This document shows positions 1-6,783 of a DNA stretch of 19,226 nt, one piece after another. Origin of the DNA: Pseudomonadota bacterium (GTDB taxonomy: Bacteria > Bdellovibrionota_B > Oligoflexia > Silvanigrellales > Silvanigrellaceae); NCBI GenBank assembly GCA_039799905.1, contig JBDLRP010000010.1, positions 1 to 19,226 of the forward strand, given 5' to 3'. Under the pieces are notes generated by a model. That model worked only from the letters and a program-made list of their open reading frames with translations. It did not search any database and was not told where the DNA came from. Both the position numbers and the translations under genes were made by a program. Each line of letters starts with the position of its first letter. Positions within the stretch are counted from its first letter, which is position 1.

Positions 1-378
1 TTTGCCGGCGCACTCGCTTTGATGGTGCACAGCGTTTCGAGCCTTGTGAAACAATACTCCGAGGCCATCGAGGGTGTGGATGATGGCCCCATCGAGGCAC
101 TCGAGGCGACCGGTGCGAGCCACGTGGCAGTGGCGTGGTACGCAGTCGTGCCACAGGTTGCGATGCCTTATCTGGCGTTCACAATTTATCGTTGGGACAT
201 TAACGTCCGCATGGCGACAATCATTGGTCTTGTCGGTGGCGGCGGTATCGGTGGATTGCTGATTCAGGAACAGGGTCTCGCACACTGGACGCAGGTCGGT
301 ACATTGGCTGCGCTCATCTTTGTTGTTGTCTGGACCATGGACTTCCTTTCCGCGAAGGTTCGTGAAGCCATCCAGTGA
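1..378 (+). CDS. phnE: Phosphonate/phosphite ABC transporter permease, PhnE/PtxC family (5'-truncated by the window edge)
   Basis: Frame is open from base 1 (FAGALALMVHS...). It carries the EAA loop YSEAIEGVDDGPIEALEATGAS and the family segments YRWDINVRMATIIGLVGGGGIG and DFLSAKVR. Stop TGA at 376-378. Confidence 0.9.
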   Translation, partial: FAGALALMVHSVSSLVKQYSEAIEGVDDGPIEALEATGASHVAVAWYAVVPQVAMPYLAFTIYRWDINVRMATIIGLVGGGGIGGLLIQEQGLAHWTQVGTLAALIFVVVWTMDFLSAKVREAIQ

Positions 379-391
379 AGGAGAGTTGTTG

Positions 392-1093
392 ATGTTGGTC
401 CGGCAGCTGGGTCTGCAGCGCTACTCCGAAGCGCTTGCGCTGATGGAAGAACTTCACTCTTCGATTGTCAGCGACGCATCCGCGGCCGAGACCATTCTTG
501 TCGTCGAGCATCCTCCTGTCGTGACTATGGGACTGCGCGAACGTTCACCTGACCTCATTACCCCCGAATCTTTGCTCAAAGATTCGGGGGTTGATTTTCA
601 AAGAATCGATCGCGGCGGCAGTGTCACTGTTCATGAACCCGGACAGCTTGTTCTTTATCCGTTGGTGCGCGTGGATGCTCGTCATCTGACCGTCCGCCGG
701 CTTGTCTGGGCACTCGAGGAGTCGATGATTCTCGAGTGCGCGCGCTGGGGCCTGAGCGCCGCCCGCGATGACATCAATCCTGGTGTCTGGATAGGAAAAA
801 ATAAGGTGGGAGCAGTCGGAGTGCGTGTCTCCAATCATGTGAGCAAACACGGACTCGCGCTCAACGTCAGCAACTCCTTGCAGACTTTTTCGCACATTGT
901 TCCCTGTGGAATTCATGGCCGCGGCGTGACGTCGATAGCGCAGACGCAAGCTGGCGGGCTCAACGAAAATCTGCCGCGCATCGGCGAACGGATGGCGGCA
1001 GATCTAATGAACTTATTACTTAATTTCAGAGCGCAGGCGGCTGAGGCTGTTGCTGGTCAGCATTGTACTCGTACAGACGGGTCTCAACCTTGA
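392..1093 (+). CDS. lipB: Lipoyl(octanoyl) transferase LipB
   Basis: Motifs VEHPPVVTMG, IDRGGSVTVHEPGQLVLYP, KVGAVGVRV, HGLALNV and IVPCGI (catalytic Cys). SD AAGGAGAG at 378-385 precedes ATG 392, so the track start at 320 was shortened. Confidence 0.95.
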   Translation: MLVRQLGLQRYSEALALMEELHSSIVSDASAAETILVVEHPPVVTMGLRERSPDLITPESLLKDSGVDFQRIDRGGSVTVHEPGQLVLYPLVRVDARHLTVRRLVWALEESMILECARWGLSAARDDINPGVWIGKNKVGAVGVRVSNHVSKHGLALNVSNSLQTFSHIVPCGIHGRGVTSIAQTQAGGLNENLPRIGERMAADLMNLLLNFRAQAAEAVAGQHCTRTDGSQP

Positions 1094-2216
1094 TTCCGTC
1101 CCATTTATAGAATTCTTTTTCAAAGCGTTTTTTATCCGAGTCGCCGGCATTTCTAGAGGGTGTTTTGACGTTGACGTAGCCAGCGATCCTTCCGTTGAAA
1201 CCGGCAAACACGTTGTCGACGACAATCTGCCGCAGGTCGATGAACTTGGCCCGCGACAGCGCAGCCGTGCCGACGATTTTGAGTGTGTCGTCAGCCAGCG
1301 TTATTGCTCCTTCGATTCCGGCATCGCCCACATTTGTTGGCGTAGTGGCACCGGTGACGTAGGCATCGGCAAGAATTTGCGGCCTGAAGTCGAGGGAAAT
1401 TTGATTCAGCCCGTTGCTTCCCCGCGACGGATTCATTTCCAGATCGAGGTTGACGCCGCCACGGATACCGATTTTGGCGTCCACACTGCCCGGACCAACC
1501 GGAATTGTCACAGACTTGATCGGCACGTCAAAAGCCGTCTTCCAGATGCGCGCTTCCTGAGGATCTGCGCGGCCGCGCCTGAACACTTGCCGCCCGTTGA
1601 TATAGACCTGAGTTTCTCTTTGTTCCTGACCGTTTTCATCGCGGACAATCCGTTGAACAAAGCGCGCGATTGAGGGTGTATTCGCGTCAAGGAAGCGGCC
1701 TTGCAGCGTGTGGGTTGTTGTCCGCTCGGATTTTTGTCCGAGTGCATCAGCGCTCTGTGTCTGCGTCATGTATCCGTATGTTTTTGCACCCGCGAGCGAG
1801 TGGCTGAGTTCGTGACTCCAAGCTGCAGAACTTTGGTTTCCGCTATTTTTATCGGGGTGAAGTGAGGTCAGCTTTGGTTGTGGCAGTCGGGCGCTTGCGA
1901 CGGTGCCGAGGTCAGAATCGGCCGAGCGCAAAGTGGCACCGAAAGAAGAAAGTTCGCGTTCAATGGCGTTGAGTTCACGCAGGTAAGTGTAGGCATTGAC
2001 CATGCGTCCGTCGCTCAGCGTGATCATCGCACCCGAAGTGGGAGCACCGCTCACCACATCCCGAAGCGTGAATGGAATGTAACGGGTTGCCGAACCACCT
2101 TTCATGGGAAGGTTGAGCATCTGCACTGCATTGAAGTTCTGATTCGCAAATGCGCAGGGAGCTGTCAGGACACCCAGAGCAATGACAACGAGTGATGCGT
2201 TTTTAAAGGCCGGCAT
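1026..2216 (-). CDS. Secreted beta-strand-rich protein (396 aa); C-terminal half resembles the lipid-binding beta-sheet of large lipid transfer proteins
   Basis: SD GGAGG (2224-2228) lies 7 nt before ATG 2216. Sec signal MPAFKNASLVVIALGVLTAPCAFA. The C-terminal half is made of long amphipathic strands. The ORF is secure; the function is inferred. Confidence 0.8.
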   Translation of the reverse strand: MPAFKNASLVVIALGVLTAPCAFANQNFNAVQMLNLPMKGGSATRYIPFTLRDVVSGAPTSGAMITLSDGRMVNAYTYLRELNAIERELSSFGATLRSADSDLGTVASARLPQPKLTSLHPDKNSGNQSSAAWSHELSHSLAGAKTYGYMTQTQSADALGQKSERTTTHTLQGRFLDANTPSIARFVQRIVRDENGQEQRETQVYINGRQVFRRGRADPQEARIWKTAFDVPIKSVTIPVGPGSVDAKIGIRGGVNLDLEMNPSRGSNGLNQISLDFRPQILADAYVTGATTPTNVGDAGIEGAITLADDTLKIVGTAALSRAKFIDLRQIVVDNVFAGFNGRIAGYVNVKTPSRNAGDSDKKRFEKEFYKWDGIKVETRLYEYNADQQQPQPPAL

Positions 2217-2306
2217 GTGAAGTCCTCCCACTAAAACACTCTGAAATTAAAGAATTTTCTTTTTCTACTGCAAGTCTGGCCGCAGCTTACTGTTTTGCCT
2301 GAACTG

Positions 2307-2321
2307 TGGCAACGTGCCTGC
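2307..2321 (+). promoter_or_regulatory. Possible sigma54 (-24/-12) promoter for the HEAT-like gene
   Basis: TGGCAACGTGCCTGC has the GG-N10-GC spacing and ends 36 nt before the start at 2358. It is an imperfect match to TGGCACG-N4-TTGC. Confidence 0.3.
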
Positions 2322-2357
2322 GTGTGAATTTTCCGCAGAGTTGAGAGGAATCAGACG

Positions 2358-3587
2358 TTGCCGGAAGCATTACCACCACATCGGGCCCGGATGAGTGAAC
2401 GGTTGCCAGAACGCAGGCGTTGGTCTGTGGTTGTGGTTTTTTTCGCAATGGCACTTACATTTGTGGTGTCGTTGCGCTTGTCCCAAGATGAGGCCGAAGA
2501 GAGCGGCCGTTCTGATCCTCAATTGAATTCCGAAGCCGGTCAGCGTTTCGTCCGAAAGGGGAGCGATTCAGGCCACGAGAACAGTACAAACACCGTGCAA
2601 GAATCTTCGTCAGGCGCGGGGTCTGCAAACACAGTGACCACGACAAAATGGGACGCCGAAGAGTTGCGAGCGAAGGTTGCTTCGGCAAATGTGCTCATGC
2701 GCAACAAGGCCCTCGAGGACTTCAAAAAGCAATTGCTTATTCTTCATGAGACCGATCCTGAGTTGCGCGCCTTGCAGAGTTTGCTGCGCGAAATCGCTGC
2801 CGACGACGAGGCCTTTGCACCACTGGTGGCCGCATCCGGTGCTGTCGGAACGCCGCAAGTTCAGCTCGTTCTGCAGCGGCTGGTCGAAGAGAGAAATGGT
2901 GAATGGCGAACCTTTTCCGCCGTCGTTCCTGTTCTTGGCGGGCTGTCTGCCCCGTCGGACGAAACATTGCAATTGCTCAACCGCTTAGCCCGCGAAGGTG
3001 ACACAGATTTTTCGCAGACGGCCGCCCTTGCGCTGGGAGCAAGCGTGCGCGGTATGGCAGAGGTGCAGCCGCGTCGGGCACGGCAAATTCTTGAAAGCTA
3101 CATTGCAAGACTTCAGGACACACGGGCCGATGCCGAGGACCTCAAGGAGAGCTTGTCTGTTCTGGGGAATTCGGGATTGACGGAGGCAGCGCAGCCGATT
3201 CTTGTGCTCACCCGTCATACACGATCGGATGTGCGTGCCGAGGCGGTCATGGCTCTGCGTTTCATCCGCACTCCGGAAGTGGAAAAGCGGCTTGTCGAGG
3301 TTTTTGCGCGCGACTCCGAAACTCAGGTGCGGCTCAGCGCGGTTGAATCGCTGTTGCATGCGCCTCTTCATGACGAAGTATTGCCTGCTGCGCAGCGGAT
3401 TGTCGGAGATTTTAAAAACGAGCCTCGGCTTCTGCGTGAGAGAGCCATTGACCTGATTATGCACCTTGAACTGCCTGTATCTGCAAAATCCGATCTGCGC
3501 GCATGGCTGCTGCAAATGGCTGCGCGTGAGCAGGATAAAAAATTAAAAGGCAAATTGGTGTCTGCAGCGAATCAGCTGATGCCGTGA
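2358..3587 (+). CDS. Membrane-anchored HEAT-like helical repeat protein resembling the vitellogenin/apoB/MTP superhelical domain
   Basis: SD GAGAGGA (2343-2349) precedes TTG 2358; ATG 2391 is an alternative start. N-terminal TM segment (WSVVVVFFAMALTFVVSL), S/G/T-rich linker, then helical repeats: GTPQVQLVL, QTAALALGA, LSVLGNSG, VRAEAVMALRFI, VRLSAVESL. Confidence 0.8.
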   Translation: MPEALPPHRARMSERLPERRRWSVVVVFFAMALTFVVSLRLSQDEAEESGRSDPQLNSEAGQRFVRKGSDSGHENSTNTVQESSSGAGSANTVTTTKWDAEELRAKVASANVLMRNKALEDFKKQLLILHETDPELRALQSLLREIAADDEAFAPLVAASGAVGTPQVQLVLQRLVEERNGEWRTFSAVVPVLGGLSAPSDETLQLLNRLAREGDTDFSQTAALALGASVRGMAEVQPRRARQILESYIARLQDTRADAEDLKESLSVLGNSGLTEAAQPILVLTRHTRSDVRAEAVMALRFIRTPEVEKRLVEVFARDSETQVRLSAVESLLHAPLHDEVLPAAQRIVGDFKNEPRLLRERAIDLIMHLELPVSAKSDLRAWLLQMAAREQDKKLKGKLVSAANQLMP

Positions 3588-4397
3588 TTAATTCTCGAAC
3601 GCCGGCTGACGGTGTTGTTCTAGAGGGCGGGTCTCGTTGCGGCCAATCCAAGTTCCCAGCGATTTGGCGGGGCTTTGGCTGACATCTGCAAAGGGCAGAA
3701 CCCAGAGTGGTATGGAGTTGCGTTCGGCAATTTCGATGCAGCGTGATTGCAGTACCTGAGCGCCCGCGCGTGTGATTGTCAGGGCCTCGGCAAAGTTCAG
3801 ATCAACGAATTTCTGCGCGTCCGGATTCAACTTTGGGTCTTTGTCGAAGATGCCTTCGACGTCTTTGAAGAACTCGACGTGCTGCGAACCAAGGGCAGCA
3901 GCGAGTGCCACGGCTGTAGTGTCCGAGCCGCCACGTCCCAACGTTGTGATGTCGCCGGTTGTCAGACACATGCCCTGAAATCCCGCGACAATCGCGATCT
4001 TTCCTTGTTCCAGAGACTTCAGAATCCGCTGGGGACGCACGTCGAGTATTTTCGCATTGGTGTGGGCTTCGCTGGTGATGATTCCGCTCTGGCTGCCGGT
4101 GAAGCTCACGGCGTCGAGGCCGACTCTGTTGAGTGCCATGGCCAACAGTGAGATGCTCACGCGCTCTCCCACAGAAAGAAGCATATCCAACTCGCGTACG
4201 GGCGGTGATGGGTGAACCTTGCGCGCTAGCGCGATCAGCTCGTCAGTGGTGTCGCCCATTGCGCTGACGACAACGACAAGTGCACTACCATCTTTTGCCT
4301 TTGATTTAATCAGATGCGCAATTTCAGCAAAACGCTCGGGGGAGCTGACAGCAGCTCCCCCAAACTTCAGAACCAGATTTTTTCGTGCAGGGCTCAT
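3588..4397 (-). CDS. lysC: Aspartate kinase, catalytic domain only (no ACT domains)
   Basis: Motifs VLKFGG, VVVVSAMGDTTDEL, ELDMLLSVGERVS, IVAGFQG, TTLGRGGSDTTAVALAAAL, DVEGIFDKDPK and GAQVLQ. The protein is only 269 aa. Confidence 0.93.
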   Translation of the reverse strand: MSPARKNLVLKFGGAAVSSPERFAEIAHLIKSKAKDGSALVVVVSAMGDTTDELIALARKVHPSPPVRELDMLLSVGERVSISLLAMALNRVGLDAVSFTGSQSGIITSEAHTNAKILDVRPQRILKSLEQGKIAIVAGFQGMCLTTGDITTLGRGGSDTTAVALAAALGSQHVEFFKDVEGIFDKDPKLNPDAQKFVDLNFAEALTITRAGAQVLQSRCIEIAERNSIPLWVLPFADVSQSPAKSLGTWIGRNETRPLEQHRQPAFEN

Positions 4398-4405
4398 GTT
4401 ACTTT

Positions 4406-4903
4406 TCAGCCTGTGCGGGTGAGCAGTTCACGGACGGTCCGCTGGATTTCATCAACATCAAATGGCTTGGTAATATACTCATCGCAACCTGCTTCGAAAC
4501 CGCGGCGGATGTCTTCTTCCGTCTTGTTGCCAGAGATGAATGCGACTGGCAAATCTTTCAGCATTGGCTTTGATTTGAGCAATCCGCACAATTCGTAACC
4601 GTCCACCCATGGCAGGTTGATATCGAGCAGTATCAAGTCAATCCGCGTGTCTTCGATGATCTTCGAAAGTTCCATCGCATCTTTGGCAACAAGCACGCGA
4701 TAGTTGTCTTTTTCAAAGATTCTTTTGATGGCGTTACGCATCACCAGCTCGTCATCTACAACCAGAATGGTTTTACTTTCGAGACGGCGTGAGGCCGACC
4801 GATAGTCATCGAGACTAACGACCTTGTTCTGCGCAACTGCTCTTTTGTTGAGCTCTGCAACCTGCTTCGACAACGACTTATCGCCAAATTTGCGCCTGTT
4901 CAT
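4406..4903 (-). CDS. Single-domain CheY-like response regulator with an N-terminal extension of about 40 aa
   Basis: ILVVDDE, LILLDINLPWVDG (phosphoacceptor Asp), FISG and YITKPF are all intact. There is no output domain. It lies 8 bp upstream of the aspartate kinase gene. Confidence 0.92.
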   Translation of the reverse strand: MNRRKFGDKSLSKQVAELNKRAVAQNKVVSLDDYRSASRRLESKTILVVDDELVMRNAIKRIFEKDNYRVLVAKDAMELSKIIEDTRIDLILLDINLPWVDGYELCGLLKSKPMLKDLPVAFISGNKTEEDIRRGFEAGCDEYITKPFDVDEIQRTVRELLTRTG

Positions 4904-4998
4904 GCTGGTAATCCTGTAGAAGAGCAGAGATGGACCAAGGACAGTCTAACCGACCAAGGCATACCCTCACGATGGGCAGCGACTCCCATGTTGTAAAT

Positions 4999-5028
4999 TT
5001 GACTGACAATTCACTGAGAGCGTATAAT
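4999..5028 (+). promoter_or_regulatory. Sigma70-type promoter for the ABC/GldG operon
   Basis: TTGACT (4999-5004), 18-nt spacer, TATAAT (5023-5028), about 70 nt before ATG 5098. Confidence 0.65.
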
Positions 5029-5097
5029 CCGCGGCGCTTTGGAAAAACTCTATCAAACACAAAGCTCACCTTAGGTTTTCTTTGGTTAGGAGGATCA

Positions 5098-6057
5098 ATG
5101 ATTGAGGTTAAGGACCTTGTGAAGCTCTATGGAGAGCGGAAGGTTTTGCACGGTCTCAACTTTTCTGTCGGTGTGGGACGCGTGTGCGGGTTTCTCGGCC
5201 CGAATGGTGCCGGCAAGTCGACCACCATGGACATTCTGGCCGGATTGCTCGGGCCGAGTGATGGCACCGCAAAGATTTGCGGATTCGACGTGGTGACACA
5301 GACCCGCGAGGTCAAGGAAGTCGTAGGCTATCTGCCAGACAACCCGCCGCTCTATCGCGAGATGACTGTTCTCGAGTTTGTTACGTTTGTGGCAAAGCTC
5401 AGGAAGGTTCCTTCAGCTCAGCGCAAGTCAGCGATTGAGCGCGTCTTGAATGATTGTGATGTGAAGGACGTTGCAAATCGTCTTGTGGGTAATCTTTCGA
5501 AGGGATACCGCCAGCGCGTCGCGCTTTGTTCTGCATTGGTGCATCAGCCGAAGGTTTTGATACTCGACGAGCCGACCGAAGGTCTTGACCCCAACCAGAT
5601 TGTCCATATCCGCGAACTCATCCGCAAGCTGGCAAAAGATCGCACTGTGATTCTCAGCTCGCACATCCTTTCCGAAGTTCAGGCGACCTGTGATGACGTG
5701 ATCATCATCAATCAAGGAAGCATCGCTGCCCAGTCATCTTTGACGGAGGCGGGAAGCAATCGGCCGGCGATGGTCTTTTCGTTTGCCGACAAAACTGAGA
5801 ACGCATTGTCGTGGTTCAAGGAAAAAACGTTTGTTGCGAATGCCGAACTTTTTTCCGATAAGCCAAACAGCCTGCTGGTCAGTTTCAAAGAAGACTTCTA
5901 CGGCGATGCCCGCACGTCCAACATCGTGCAGGTCAACAGTCAGTTGGTGCAGCAGGGCTTCGGACTCACCAGTGTCTATGAGCACCGCACCGGACTCGAG
6001 TCGCTCTTCTTCAACGCGATTAAAAACCAGAATTCATTTGTCGGGGGACAAGCATGA
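5098..6057 (+). CDS. ABC transporter ATP-binding protein (GldA-like, ABC-2 exporter type)
   Basis: SD AGGAGG (5088-5093) precedes ATG 5098 (MIEVKDLVKLYG). Walker A GPNGAGKST, signature LSKGYRQR, Walker B ILDEPTEGLDP, H-loop SSHILSEV. Confidence 0.93.
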   Translation: MIEVKDLVKLYGERKVLHGLNFSVGVGRVCGFLGPNGAGKSTTMDILAGLLGPSDGTAKICGFDVVTQTREVKEVVGYLPDNPPLYREMTVLEFVTFVAKLRKVPSAQRKSAIERVLNDCDVKDVANRLVGNLSKGYRQRVALCSALVHQPKVLILDEPTEGLDPNQIVHIRELIRKLAKDRTVILSSHILSEVQATCDDVIIINQGSIAAQSSLTEAGSNRPAMVFSFADKTENALSWFKEKTFVANAELFSDKPNSLLVSFKEDFYGDARTSNIVQVNSQLVQQGFGLTSVYEHRTGLESLFFNAIKNQNSFVGGQA

Positions 6058-6782
6058 GAGCCGCATTGACCATTGCTCAACGCGATTTTCGGGGATTTCT
6101 CGGCACTCCTGTGGGATGGATTGCGGGTTGCATTCTGTTCCTCGTGTCGGGTTTGCTTTTTACGATTGTGACCAACCAGTTGCTCCTGCGCGGTGAGGCC
6201 GTCGATCCGGTGGCCGACATCATGGGCAGCCTGATTGGCTTTTTGAACTACATCAACATCTTCGTGATTCCGATTTTCACGATGCGTGTGATGAGCGAAG
6301 AACTCGCACAGGGAACATTCCGTCTGCAGGCGGGAGCTCCGATCACCTCCGGTGAAATCATTGGCGGCAAGTTTCTCGGAATCATGTTCTACTTCTCCGC
6401 AATCTGCCTTTTGCTGCTCATTTATCCATTGTTTGTGACAGTCTTTGCGGAGCCTGACTTCAAGGTGATGGCCGCCGGTTACCTCGGCCTCCTGCTCAAC
6501 ATCGCAGCCATTGTCGCCATCGGATTGTTTATTTCTTCGCTGACGCAAAACGCCGTTATCAGCTACCTCGGCTCGGTGTTCTTCATCATTCTGTTCTTGT
6601 TCAGCGCCTACGTGAAAGGTGCGCCAGAATGGTATCAGCGTTCGGTCAATATTCTTGATCTGGGTAACGAACTGTCGCGCGGAATTCTGAAGACGTCATC
6701 CATTGCAATATACCTTGCGATTGTGTCGACGTTCCTGTTTCTGAGCCGTTTGGTTGTCGAAACGAAGCGCTGGAGAGTCTGA
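6054..6782 (+). CDS. ABC-2 permease, GldF-like
   Basis: ATGA overlap with the ATPase gene. About six TM segments. Motifs IAQRDFRGFLGTP, PIFTMRVMSEE..QGT, GKFLG and AIGLFISSLTQNAVIS. Confidence 0.88.
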   Translation: MRAALTIAQRDFRGFLGTPVGWIAGCILFLVSGLLFTIVTNQLLLRGEAVDPVADIMGSLIGFLNYINIFVIPIFTMRVMSEELAQGTFRLQAGAPITSGEIIGGKFLGIMFYFSAICLLLLIYPLFVTVFAEPDFKVMAAGYLGLLLNIAAIVAIGLFISSLTQNAVISYLGSVFFIILFLFSAYVKGAPEWYQRSVNILDLGNELSRGILKTSSIAIYLAIVSTFLFLSRLVVETKRWRV

Positions 6783-6783
6783 G

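Noticed and set aside
320..391. Longer lipB start given in the ORF track
   Set aside because: It overlaps phnE by 59 bp, and a strong SD sits directly before ATG 392.
1050..1673. 207-aa plus-strand ORF
   Set aside because: It is the antisense shadow of the 396-aa gene, which has an SD and a signal peptide; the ORF has no recognisable motifs.
4930..5097. 56-aa N-terminal extension of the ABC ATPase
   Set aside because: The region contains the predicted promoter, and AGGAGG before ATG 5098 gives a canonical MIEVKDL start.
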